Virus record (IMG/VR): IMGVR_UViG_3300047511_000092
Location: 1 to 28,506 of that record
Source: a virus
Taxonomy: Duplodnaviria; Caudoviricetes
Strand: one strand, 5' to 3'
DNA: 28,506 nucleotides
Shown: positions 18,103 to 26,519 of the stretch, piece after piece
Layout of the letters: each line of letters opens with the position of its first letter
Position numbering within the stretch: position 1 is the first letter of the stretch
The notes under the pieces: model-generated
The model's database searches: none
What the model was told of the DNA's origin: nothing
What the model saw: the letters and a program-made list of their open reading frames with translations, nothing else
Position numbers and translations under genes: made by a program

Positions 18103-18584
18103 TTAGATTTTCCTTTTACTGTTGACCACGAACTACGTAAATGGCCGACGACTGTAGCGTTATAAACCTTTCCTTGCAGGTATGTTTTAGCAAGTGTATT
18201 GCTATCCCTCTTCCTTTCTCTTGACTCCTTTGATGTTATGTGCGAGTCCACCATGTTCATCAACGTATCTATCTTGCTCTTACCTAACCACGCAACAAGC
18301 TCATCATCATTCATCTTGCCCTCCCACAACTTATCGCTGAGCTTGGGTAAATACGCTGCTATAAAACGCGCAATAGTTGTCCAGTGCTGCTTGCCATAAC
18401 GTGGCGTTCGCTTGAGTGTGTTGAACTTCTCGTACGTGATATTGTTTTCTTCCACAAACATAGGAACTGCTTTGCTTGTGTACATATGACGCGGTGCTCG
18501 CCACAACTGGATTAGCTTTCTGTCCCACAACTCCTGCAACACCTCGTCGTGGGCTTCGGCAAACAGATCATTCAAGAGGCTCAC
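18099..18584 (-). CDS. Hypothetical protein
   Basis: 161 aa; GTG start with GAGGAG RBS. Confidence 0.7.
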   Translation of the reverse strand: MSLLNDLFAEAHDEVLQELWDRKLIQLWRAPRHMYTSKAVPMFVEENNITYEKFNTLKRTPRYGKQHWTTIARFIAAYLPKLSDKLWEGKMNDDELVAWLGKSKIDTLMNMVDSHITSKESRERKRDSNTLAKTYLQGKVYNATVVGHLRSSWSTVKGKSK

Positions 18585-18744
18585 GGTGTTCTCTCCTCTT
18601 GAGCATGGCGTCTGCTATGCGGTATGCAAAATCAGCAAACGCTTTCTCTGGTGACGTGTGGGGCATCTGCCCCCAACGCCCTGCGAGTATTCCCGTGATG
18701 GCAGCTTTGGCAAACTCATCACGTAGCTTGTCGTACTCATTCAT
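18568..18744 (-). CDS. Small phage protein (LRDEFA..A...AY.IADAML family), below the ORF-track cutoff
   Basis: Own translation: MNEYDKLRDEFAKAAITGILAGRWGQMPHTSPEKAFADFAYRIADAMLKRREHREPLE (58 aa); GGAGG RBS. Confidence 0.8.
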   Translation of the reverse strand: MNEYDKLRDEFAKAAITGILAGRWGQMPHTSPEKAFADFAYRIADAMLKRREHREPLE

Positions 18745-18917
18745 GATTCACCTCCACTTAGTCTGAACTCAATACGCGCTCTGTCCAGTGCAGCAATACG
18801 CTTGCGCTCTGCAACAACTTTTGGATCTTTCCACGGGTACGGTTGTTTAAGAAGACGCCACTGTCTTTTGAACGTTTCGAGTACGTTTGTGCTTTCGCTT
18901 GTTGTTTTGATGTGCAT
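18741..18917 (-). CDS. Hypothetical 58-aa protein, below the ORF-track cutoff
   Basis: MHIKTTSESTNVLETFKRQWRLLKQPYPWKDPKVVAERKRIAALDRARIEFRLSGGES; AGGAG RBS; ATGA coupling to the next gene. Confidence 0.65.
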   Translation of the reverse strand: MHIKTTSESTNVLETFKRQWRLLKQPYPWKDPKVVAERKRIAALDRARIEFRLSGGES

Positions 18918-19278
18918 CTCTTGCTCCTGTCATGTTGAATGGATCACTGAAAAAAGGTTCGGGTATGGTCACCCTTGTCTTGGCAAACTTCTTGCAATAC
19001 ATCTGGTCTTCGTTTTTCTGAAATAACTTCTCCTGTTTTGTGGGTTCCATCGTTATAAACTTGTAGTGCCGCTCTGCCGTGATGTACGGCCTGTCGGGAT
19101 CTTTCTTTAAGAAACTTTCAACGCACCCCAACCGCGTGAGTCTGGTCATCAATGAGTAGACAGTGTTCTTGTCTAGCTGCACCTGCAACGCAATTTCTCT
19201 TACGGTTGGTGGGGTCACTCGTTTCTTAACGTACTTGAGTACCTTGAGTTGTTTATCGGTCAGGGGCTGTGGGGTCAT
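18847..19278 (-). CDS. LexA-like winged-helix DNA-binding protein (no peptidase domain)
   Basis: LTDKQLKVLKYV.....PPTVREIA......TV...L.RLG matches the LexA N-terminal wHTH pattern; no Ala-Gly/Ser-Lys protease domain follows. Confidence 0.75.
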   Translation of the reverse strand: MTPQPLTDKQLKVLKYVKKRVTPPTVREIALQVQLDKNTVYSLMTRLTRLGCVESFLKKDPDRPYITAERHYKFITMEPTKQEKLFQKNEDQMYCKKFAKTRVTIPEPFFSDPFNMTGARDAHQNNKRKHKRTRNVQKTVASS

Positions 19279-19435
19279 CCATACGCTCCTTTAACCATAA
19301 CACTGCACAGCGTGAATGAAACAAGGCTTCGTTTGCATGATGCAGTGCCTGTTCATAACGCCTCTCGTTAACGTACTCGTACACATTTTTCAACTCCCTG
19401 TGTGCGTTGTGTAAGTGTTCGCTTATATCTTTCAT
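19253..19435 (-). CDS. Hypothetical protein
   Basis: 60 aa, helical; AAGGA RBS. Confidence 0.65.
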   Translation of the reverse strand: MKDISEHLHNAHRELKNVYEYVNERRYEQALHHANEALFHSRCAVLWLKERMDDPTAPDR

Positions 19436-19450
19436 ATCTTTCCTTTATTG

Positions 19451-20440
19451 TTACCAAAAGAACTTACGTGGTAGCTCAGCAAATTTAGGCAGTGCCTCAA
19501 ACGTGTCAGGCTCATCGAGTCTGACTGCTTTTAATAGCGCTCGTTCAAGCGCAGCGAGGAACTGCTTAGCCGTGATATTAGACGCATGTGCCTCTGGAGA
19601 GTCACGAAGTGACATACCGCGCATCGAATAACGACTGCCACTTATCAGGTCATTGTTTGTGAGATACGTTGAGTACAAGTTATCGAAAACAAGCTGACCC
19701 AACTCGTTGAGGATGAACTCGGTCTGCTCCTCTAGCTCGCTGATGCGAAGGGTACGTTGTAAGTTATTTATCTCTTTGGTTGCCAGTGACTTACTGAATA
19801 ACCTTCGTGAATCCCACTGCGCGTTTTCACGGTATGAATCCAAGCGATACGTTGCCAAGAGCTTGATGGTTTCAATCTGCTTACGGAACGCAGCACGTTC
19901 CTGTCTACGCTCATCAGACACCACACGCTTGCACACGGGGATGTGATCGGATGCACTGACGACGAGTTTGCCTGTCGAAGTGAACGTGAGCATGGTTGAA
20001 AACAACTCGTTCCCGTGCTTGATCTCTGGATGATCGCGCTTGTAATGCTTATGCACGACGTGGTTAAACGGTACGACATACTGCTTGCCGTCCTCACCCA
20101 TAAAGCTCGCTACCTGTCCACCGTAGCAACCCACCACGTTCCGTGCAATAAACTTACGAGAAGTTAGCGAGTCATGCCCACGGATATACACAACACGATA
20201 GCCGTGCTGATCGGGCTTGAGATAGCGGATCATCTTAGTGTGATACAGACACACGTCGAAGTAGGCGTCATCTTCGCCGCGCTCAAGTCTGTACTGCCAT
20301 GATGATACATTCTTGAGCGGTCGCTCGTGGTTGCTCCACTTCTTTGAACGTGGAGGCTTAGGTGTTTTATCAAACCACTTCTTGGCGTGTTCGTACGATG
20401 TGATTGCGGGTAATGCCCATACGTTTGCTGAAAATGCCAT
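19451..20440 (-). CDS. Hypothetical protein (329 aa)
   Basis: Long ORF with GGAG RBS; no motif recognised. Confidence 0.8.
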   Translation of the reverse strand: MAFSANVWALPAITSYEHAKKWFDKTPKPPRSKKWSNHERPLKNVSSWQYRLERGEDDAYFDVCLYHTKMIRYLKPDQHGYRVVYIRGHDSLTSRKFIARNVVGCYGGQVASFMGEDGKQYVVPFNHVVHKHYKRDHPEIKHGNELFSTMLTFTSTGKLVVSASDHIPVCKRVVSDERRQERAAFRKQIETIKLLATYRLDSYRENAQWDSRRLFSKSLATKEINNLQRTLRISELEEQTEFILNELGQLVFDNLYSTYLTNNDLISGSRYSMRGMSLRDSPEAHASNITAKQFLAALERALLKAVRLDEPDTFEALPKFAELPRKFFW

Positions 20441-20442
20441 GA

Positions 20443-20814
20443 TTACTCTCCAAAGTTAGTTGCTAAACGATGCACTGCGTAGATGTAGTCATACATCCCG
20501 CCGTTGTTATCCACCTCGTCATAAGTCTCAGCGCCGTCCTCACCAATCGCGAGGAAGCGATAGTCAGCTTCAAAATACTGATGCGCGTCTTTATATAACT
20601 GCTCGTGCGCTTGAACATCAGGGAAGTCTGGATACCACTTCACATCGTCTACTTCAAAGGTGATGAGCGGTTCTTCTTTGTAGTCGTGCTTAGTCTCATT
20701 AACAGCTTGATAAATGTTGGGGTCGTTCTTAGCTAGCATGAGTGCAATGAACGCTTCACGATCATCAAACGATTTGAACTTTATGACATACGCAACATCT
20801 GATCTATATCCCAT
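20443..20814 (-). CDS. Conserved acidic phage protein (MGYRSDV...KWY...IGED family)
   Basis: 123 aa; AAGGAG RBS; preceded by the palindromic leader. Confidence 0.8.
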   Translation of the reverse strand: MGYRSDVAYVIKFKSFDDREAFIALMLAKNDPNIYQAVNETKHDYKEEPLITFEVDDVKWYPDFPDVQAHEQLYKDAHQYFEADYRFLAIGEDGAETYDEVDNNGGMYDYIYAVHRLATNFGE

Positions 20815-20840
20815 AGTTACTCTCCTTGAAAAGTTGTTGT

Positions 20841-20863
20841 TGAGTAGACATCATGTCTACTCA
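20841..20863. promoter_or_regulatory. GTAGAC-N5-GTCTAC palindrome, copy D
   Basis: tgagtagacat-c-atgtctactca, perfect 11-bp arms, intergenic. Confidence 0.75.
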
Positions 20864-20868
20864 TGTAT

Positions 20869-21321
20869 TTATTCGACGCGCAAAACCTGAACTTCGTTAT
20901 TGGACACACAGGTCTTGTAAGTCTTTGGCCCCCAATGTTTGGAAGCCCAGCCTGTTATAGAACTTTGTAGTGAGTTCGCATCGAAAGGTGTGACGGGTAT
21001 ACACGCAACATCACCAACTTGTAGTGAAGCCAAGTATGGGTGATAGTGTTTGTGCATTGCGCCGTATGGATACAGCTTGCCAAACTGTTTCTTTTTCTTA
21101 GCGGGTGCACGAACAATCTCAAGCTCCCCGAACTCTTGACCATCGGTTGCTATAACTTTGTATTTGCAACCCGTGGCATTTAGTAATCGAATTGCTTGCT
21201 CGATGGTCTTTAGCGTGATGGCAGGTAACTGCTGCTGAACTGGTTTGGTTTGTTCCATGATGTGCTCCTGTTTGGGGTAAGAAGAAAGTGACACTGGTTG
21301 AAAGAGGTCAAGTTGGCTCAT
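20869..21321 (-). CDS. Hypothetical protein (alternative start 21258)
   Basis: 150 aa; both ATGs have purine-rich RBSs. Confidence 0.75.
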   Translation of the reverse strand: MSQLDLFQPVSLSSYPKQEHIMEQTKPVQQQLPAITLKTIEQAIRLLNATGCKYKVIATDGQEFGELEIVRAPAKKKKQFGKLYPYGAMHKHYHPYLASLQVGDVACIPVTPFDANSLQSSITGWASKHWGPKTYKTCVSNNEVQVLRVE

Positions 21322-21323
21322 GA

Positions 21324-22493
21324 TTAAATCCTTCCTTTGATGTGGATTGCTTTACCCTGCGGAGGGACGAAGGACTCGTTGTCAACGATGCCCCACAACG
21401 CAGCGCAAGGCACGACTGCATTGTTCCCATCGAGATAGCCATCGGTCAGCCAGATAACTGCACGTGGCTTGTACTGCTTCTCAGCGATATACTTCACAAC
21501 ACACTGCGGTGTCGTGCCGCCCCCACCCATTGGCTTCATGAGCGTAGCAATCGAGTGATACTCGTCGGGCTTGAACAACTGCTCGCCACACACGGACGTG
21601 TCCCACCAGATAACGCGCAGTGCATCGGGCATAACAGTCTGTGCGATCTGTGCAATCTCACCGAACAAGATGGGGTAGATCGGCCCCATCGAGCCTGATG
21701 TGTCACCCGCGATAATGATCTCGCCTTTGTTGTATGAGAAGTGCGAGGGCAGCAAGATGCCAAGTGGGGCGAAGCGCTTGTTGGGCGGGACAAAACGCGA
21801 GTGCTCATCACCCTTACAGATAGCGTCGAAGAACTCACGAAAATGTTGACGCCACTCGGTGTTACGTTTTGTAGCGTTGAGGTCGAGCTTGCTGCCACCC
21901 TTGCCATCACCTGCTAACTTGTCAGCAAGCAGCTTGCCCTGACGTGCTGCCTCGTCGATCTGTCGATGTGCTTTCTCAGCCTCACCCTCATCAAGCTCAT
22001 CGAACAAGTGATCATCGAAGCCACCCTCATCATCGCCGTCATCCTCGCCACCCTGATCAATCAAGTCACGCAGCACACGCAGGAAACTCCAGCCTTTGTA
22101 TCTGGTATTAACGTATGGCTTGATTGTGGGGCGCTCGACCCACGTGAAGTTAGGATCAATCTCCTCGATGGTGAGGTTGATGACGTGATCCATCGCTATG
22201 TTGGACAGCTTGGGGTAACGCTTGCAAACATCTCTGTACTCGACACAGTGCTTGAGCAACTTGTGTAAGTTCTCGTGGATGCGGACATAGCGCAACTGCT
22301 TGCGGTTCTGTGCAAGCACGAAGTCAGGGTTGTAATACTCATCACGACCATTAGTTGCAGCCGTGGGCAGACGGTCAGTGATCTCCACCTTACCCACCAT
22401 TGCCACGCCACTAAGCTGCGCAAACAGCGCGTTACGTGTAAGGTCGATACCAACAGCAGTCACACGCTCGTGTGGTGTTAAGTCTTTATACAT
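21324..22493 (-). CDS. Metallopeptidase-like (HExxH) + vWA domain protein (DUF2201-like)
   Basis: TAATNG...YNPDF...HENLH; acidic linker; MIDAS DTSGSM, GGGGT, LTDG. Confidence 0.88.
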   Translation of the reverse strand: MYKDLTPHERVTAVGIDLTRNALFAQLSGVAMVGKVEITDRLPTAATNGRDEYYNPDFVLAQNRKQLRYVRIHENLHKLLKHCVEYRDVCKRYPKLSNIAMDHVINLTIEEIDPNFTWVERPTIKPYVNTRYKGWSFLRVLRDLIDQGGEDDGDDEGGFDDHLFDELDEGEAEKAHRQIDEAARQGKLLADKLAGDGKGGSKLDLNATKRNTEWRQHFREFFDAICKGDEHSRFVPPNKRFAPLGILLPSHFSYNKGEIIIAGDTSGSMGPIYPILFGEIAQIAQTVMPDALRVIWWDTSVCGEQLFKPDEYHSIATLMKPMGGGGTTPQCVVKYIAEKQYKPRAVIWLTDGYLDGNNAVVPCAALWGIVDNESFVPPQGKAIHIKGRI

Positions 22494-22511
22494 AGCTCTC
22501 TCCTTGGAAAT

Positions 22512-22527
22512 GAGGGCGTGTGCCCTC
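22512..22527 (-). promoter_or_regulatory. Intergenic hairpin between the 291-aa gene and the vWA gene
   Basis: gagggc-gtgt-gccctc, 6-bp stem lying between the stop (22533) and the RBS. Confidence 0.4.
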
Positions 22528-22532
22528 GTTAA

Positions 22533-23408
22533 TTAAAAGTTAAACTTGTCGAGCAGCGCGTCCACGTTCTTGCGCACGTCATCACGTACAGCCTCGTTAG
22601 TGCGTAACTCTTTAGCGTCCACCCCTTGCAGGGCTTGCATGAGTCCCACACGCGCTTGGTCAAGTGTGTGGTCGTTGATGATGTTGAGGTGCTTGACCAT
22701 GTCGCACAGCTCCAACGCACCCGTGACAAGTGAGTCGTGGAACTTACGAGTCTTGCGATCACCGTCCACCTCGTCATACCCCAGCCTGTCCTGCATACGC
22801 ACGAGGTGCGTCTTGAGTCGCTCACGTATGTCAGCCATCGCAGCCTCCACGCGCTCGTCAGCAATCTTGGCTAGTCGCTCCTGAAGTTCTTTCTGAGCGT
22901 CATTGCCCACGTCAACACGGAAGTCCCCCGCACGAGGCACAGGCATATAGTTCACACGGAAGGCGAACTTGTGCTCGATGGTATCCACATCAGGGTAGTC
23001 ATCACGCTTGAACATATCGCCAAGCGCCATCGCCTGTGCTGTGATGAGCGAGGGATACACACGGATGAAGTCCTCCACAAATGAGAAGAACGTCTGCTCG
23101 CTGTCATTCAAGCGTTGGTTAAACTCGATGAAGCGTGATGTGGGCAACAGCCTGATGCCGCTGTCTGACCACGGCATGGTGTTCTCGTACACGTATGTGC
23201 GTACGCTGCCAACGTAAGTGTTGATCACGTCCAGCTCATTGCGCCCTGCAAGCAGGTGCTTGTTGACACGAGCTGCATCCTTAGCAGCAGCGTTCTTGGA
23301 GGTGACCACCTCATCAGTCGTCTTCTTGTCCAGCTTACGCGCAGTCCACACTGAAGCGTTGAACTCAACGAGCATGGAGCAGGTGTCGATGTTGTAACGT
23401 GTTGTCAT
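22533..23408 (-). CDS. Helical protein between AAA+ and vWA genes (possibly DUF3150-like)
   Basis: 291 aa; SVWTARKLD, GIRLLP, F...YP, DYP...KF motifs; AAGGAG RBS; family call rests on context and recall. Confidence 0.55.
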   Translation of the reverse strand: MTTRYNIDTCSMLVEFNASVWTARKLDKKTTDEVVTSKNAAAKDAARVNKHLLAGRNELDVINTYVGSVRTYVYENTMPWSDSGIRLLPTSRFIEFNQRLNDSEQTFFSFVEDFIRVYPSLITAQAMALGDMFKRDDYPDVDTIEHKFAFRVNYMPVPRAGDFRVDVGNDAQKELQERLAKIADERVEAAMADIRERLKTHLVRMQDRLGYDEVDGDRKTRKFHDSLVTGALELCDMVKHLNIINDHTLDQARVGLMQALQGVDAKELRTNEAVRDDVRKNVDALLDKFNF

Positions 23409-23438
23409 GATGTTTCTCCTTGTGGTTAGTGGTGCTAC

Positions 23439-24575
23439 TTAGTTCAAGTCCAAGAACTGCTTGGACTCACGCAACATGCGTCCGAATGAATCGACACGGA
23501 CGAATGTGGTGACCTTCGTGCTGTTGCTTATTGATGTGATGAACATGTGCTTGATCTCCTCGCGCATACGCTCAACGTATGTGGTCACGCTCTCAGCCTC
23601 CTCACGTGTGTTGGCACGAGCGACGAACTGATGCGCTTGGATGATCTGTGCCACGGGATCACTGACAAGTGGCGCACCGAGTGGGTCACGCACGATGAGG
23701 TTAAAGTCTGGCAAGGTATTGCCAAGGCGTATGTGTGTGCAGAGGTTCTCTGCAAACGGCCCCACCGCACCGTAGAGCTGCGCCCTCACGAGGTTCATAC
23801 CCACATCATCAAGCGTTGACACGATGTCAGACGCTGTCTCCATCGAGCGAGGCGAGGCATATGCGTCCTGCATCTCCCGTGGGTTGTAGATGTGTGGGTT
23901 GTCCTTGGCTAGCGACTTGCCTGCATACTTGCCCTCGGGCTCGTAGTCAAGAAACGAATCGAAGATCTGCGGATGCTTGACAGCACAGGAAATGACGCGA
24001 TAGTCCAACCCCTTGCGCTCAGCGTACGCACGCCACTCGTTAAGCGTGGGCTTGCGCATCTTGACTCGGATGATACGGTTGCGGATGTGTGCAGGTATGT
24101 TGTCACCAAGTCCCTCGATGCCAAGGTTTGTACCCAAGATGACAGCCGACCCCTCGGGGAAGTGGTAGTCACCGACCCGATACTCATAGGCTATGGGCGC
24201 TAAGACATTCTTGACATAAGGTGGTGCTTTGGCAAACTCATCAACGAAACACAAGATAGGACGTGAGCCGTTAACACCAAGACGGTTAGTCTTACTCAAC
24301 CCGAACCGCTCGTTGGGCAGCTCGCGTGATACACCTGCCTCACGGTCAATGTCTGGCATCCACACTGAGCCATCACTGAGTTGAGTTGCGTCGATAGGGT
24401 CAACGCTGATGTGGTCAGCAAACTGAGGATCACGGCGCAGTGCGTGATACACAGCAGTCTTACCGATACCGTTCTCACCCTCGATGAGGATGGTGCGCCG
24501 CTTGCCCCGCTTGTGGTGGGCTTTGATGACAGCAGTGACTTCGTCGAACGAAAGAAATAATGATTGGTTATCCAT
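23439..24575 (-). CDS. MoxR/CbbQ-like AAA+ ATPase
   Basis: Walker A GENGIGKT; Walker B FVDEF; sensor I GTN; Arg finger IRNR; sensor II ASPRS; adjacent vWA partner. Confidence 0.85.
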   Translation of the reverse strand: MDNQSLFLSFDEVTAVIKAHHKRGKRRTILIEGENGIGKTAVYHALRRDPQFADHISVDPIDATQLSDGSVWMPDIDREAGVSRELPNERFGLSKTNRLGVNGSRPILCFVDEFAKAPPYVKNVLAPIAYEYRVGDYHFPEGSAVILGTNLGIEGLGDNIPAHIRNRIIRVKMRKPTLNEWRAYAERKGLDYRVISCAVKHPQIFDSFLDYEPEGKYAGKSLAKDNPHIYNPREMQDAYASPRSMETASDIVSTLDDVGMNLVRAQLYGAVGPFAENLCTHIRLGNTLPDFNLIVRDPLGAPLVSDPVAQIIQAHQFVARANTREEAESVTTYVERMREEIKHMFITSISNSTKVTTFVRVDSFGRMLRESKQFLDLN

Positions 24576-24616
24576 GCTTAACTCCTTGATTTATATATGT
24601 TTGTGTTACACAGTAG

Positions 24617-24645
24617 GTTATACAGCAGATTAGACATCATGTCAA
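24617..24645 (-). promoter_or_regulatory. Near-consensus sigma70 promoter for the AAA+/vWA operon
   Basis: On the - strand: TTGACA (24645-24640), 17 nt, TATAAC (24622-24617); the -35 box lies inside the palindrome variant TAGAC-atcat-GTCAA. Confidence 0.8.
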
Positions 24646-24656
24646 GTATTAGACAT
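24642..24656 (-). other. Minigene ATG TCT AAT ACT TGA (MSNT) behind a strong RBS
   Basis: AAGGAGAA at 24668-24661, ATG at 24656, stop after 4 codons. Confidence 0.5.
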
Positions 24657-24691
24657 TTGGTTCTCCTTAAGATGTTATGGGGAACTTGGGT

Positions 24692-24714
24692 TAGGTAGAC
24701 GGGATGTCTACCTA
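24692..24714. promoter_or_regulatory. GTAGAC-N5-GTCTAC palindrome, copy C
   Basis: taggtagac-gggat-gtctaccta, perfect 9-bp arms. Confidence 0.75.
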
Positions 24715-24727
24715 GCGTGGGGTGGGG

Positions 24728-25183
24728 TTACTTGACGATGATCGTGAGGCGACTGAGCGCGGTGTCTATCTTCTCCTCAAACAACTCATCGAACATATCG
24801 CGCACTGCGCTGTCTGATACGAGGTCGTTCTCGCTGATAGCGTCATCAATCTGTGAGCTTAAGTCGTGGTTGTTGATAGCCTCTGCGATGTCGTCGCCAA
24901 AGTCGTGATTGTCTACGACTTCCCTCACGTGATCTGAGAAGTCAAACGCTTGGCAGTGCTCGTTCACGTGTGTCTCAATCAGCTTGTCGAACCACGTGGA
25001 TGCTTGCAGCATAGTCTCAAGTGACTGCTCGACATCAGGCTTGCGCTCGTGCATCTCTGCCTCAAGTCTGTCGAGCCGCACGTGTATGTCACGGATAATC
25101 CCAAGCTCACCGATGCGGTGAAAGATGTGGTTAGTGATAGCGGTGATGATGCCGTCAATAAGTTTGATGTTGTTAGTGTCCAT
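24728..25183 (-). CDS. Acidic protein with 13-residue internal repeats
   Basis: Start re-called at 25183 (GGAG upstream); DFSDHVREVVDNH / DFGDDIAEAINNH / DLSSQIDDAISEN. Confidence 0.75.
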   Translation of the reverse strand: MDTNNIKLIDGIITAITNHIFHRIGELGIIRDIHVRLDRLEAEMHERKPDVEQSLETMLQASTWFDKLIETHVNEHCQAFDFSDHVREVVDNHDFGDDIAEAINNHDLSSQIDDAISENDLVSDSAVRDMFDELFEEKIDTALSRLTIIVK

Positions 25184-25237
25184 GTTAATGCTCTCCATAA
25201 GATGTTTGTGAATGTGTATGAGTGGGGTAAATGTTAG

Positions 25238-25417
25238 TCAGTCATCATTGTTCTCCTTACCTTCGGTTTCTTTCATAGCCCAGTGATACAGCTTCGTGCA
25301 CTCGGCAGCGCATGTGGCACTGTCGATGTGGCCTACGTCACGTAGCTCAATGAGTACAGCCTGTGCCCTGACTGCTTCATTCCACGTGTCTACTCTGTGC
25401 TGCCATTTGTTATTCAT
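25238..25417 (-). CDS. Hypothetical protein
   Basis: ATG 25417 with AGGTG RBS; overlaps the upstream stop. Confidence 0.6.
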   Translation of the reverse strand: MNNKWQHRVDTWNEAVRAQAVLIELRDVGHIDSATCAAECTKLYHWAMKETEGKENNDD

Positions 25418-25634
25418 ATTCAGCACCTACGTAACATCCGGCAAAAAAGTGAGGGCCAACACATGCGCGGACATAACCTACAGCCCATCTGCGGGTTGGT
25501 TTAGGACAGTCTCGTCGCCACTCCTTGTCAAGGCGTGACGTGGGCCACTCGCGCTTTGGTTTCTCTAGCGCCCATGCCAGCATCTTGCGCACCGTGGTGC
25601 GTTTGTTCTTGTAGAAAGTTTTCTTGGTTTTCAT
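25410..25634 (-). CDS. Small basic hypothetical protein
   Basis: Start re-called at 25634 (GGAGG RBS, ATGA overlap). Confidence 0.6.
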   Translation of the reverse strand: MKTKKTFYKNKRTTVRKMLAWALEKPKREWPTSRLDKEWRRDCPKPTRRWAVGYVRACVGPHFFAGCYVGAEYE

Positions 25635-26113
25635 TTCAGTGCCTCCACGTATGCTTGCATGTACTCCCCTGCTTCCTTGAACCATCTGTCTCGCTTTGCC
25701 TCGTACTTCTTCCTCCTCGCAAGGTCAGCAGCGTATGCCTCAGCGATGTCTGGTGGTAGCTCAACCTCTGTCAGTCCTGCTTGTCTGAGTCGGTTGGCTA
25801 CGTAGCAGCGCATGGCTGCAATGAGTGGGGTTGGCCCAGTGCAGTAACCCATACCAATACTGCCGACCCACCTAAACGGCCCACCTACACTGACGCCGTG
25901 GCCGAGTTCAATTTTTTGCTCCTCAATAATGCGTCCACCTTGCAGCCAGTTGCTCGATGGCTCGTACCACGGCGCACCGTGACGATGATTGAATGCTCCG
26001 TAGTTAGCAGTCATCAACCGCTTGGACTTGGCGAGGTACAGCTTGCGCTTCTCGCACTGTCCGACTGACCAATCGAGGGCCAGCGTATCCATCTTGTCTG
26101 GTGTTATCTTCAT
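25631..26113 (-). CDS. NinX-like / DUF2591 family phage protein
   Basis: LDW.V...E; Y.PS.NW.QGG.IIE...I; GPTPLIAAMRCYV. Confidence 0.8.
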   Translation of the reverse strand: MKITPDKMDTLALDWSVGQCEKRKLYLAKSKRLMTANYGAFNHRHGAPWYEPSSNWLQGGRIIEEQKIELGHGVSVGGPFRWVGSIGMGYCTGPTPLIAAMRCYVANRLRQAGLTEVELPPDIAEAYAADLARRKKYEAKRDRWFKEAGEYMQAYVEALK

Positions 26114-26517
26114 TTCAGTTCTCCTTCTGTGTTTAGTGCAGCTATGGGCAGGACAATAGCGTCCCTCTCCTCCTGCGTCAGGTTCAGGTACTGTGACTGT
26201 CTGTAGAGCAAGTCCACATCTCGTGGTGTGAAGATGTACGGGTTGTGCTCAACGGGTGCTGGGGGTTCTACCTTCTCCCACCCGTGAAAGACTAAGTCTG
26301 CGTTACTGTGCGTGTGGTTGAACTTATCAAATACATTTTGAAAGGCTTGTGCCTCTTTGAACGTGAGGTTGTCGAACCGCAGCACGACTGTCCTGTTGTT
26401 CTTGGTGCGCAGTTCAGCGACTGCCTTGTACTTGTTTCTCACTGCACGAGGCTTGCGCTCGTGCTGCTTCGCCCAATCGAGCCATTGCTTGAGTGTTGGT
26501 TTATCTGGTGTGTTCAT
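26110..26517 (-). CDS. Hypothetical protein
   Basis: 135 aa; AGGAG RBS; ATGA coupling. Confidence 0.7.
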   Translation of the reverse strand: MNTPDKPTLKQWLDWAKQHERKPRAVRNKYKAVAELRTKNNRTVVLRFDNLTFKEAQAFQNVFDKFNHTHSNADLVFHGWEKVEPPAPVEHNPYIFTPRDVDLLYRQSQYLNLTQEERDAIVLPIAALNTEGELK

Positions 26518-26519
26518 GT

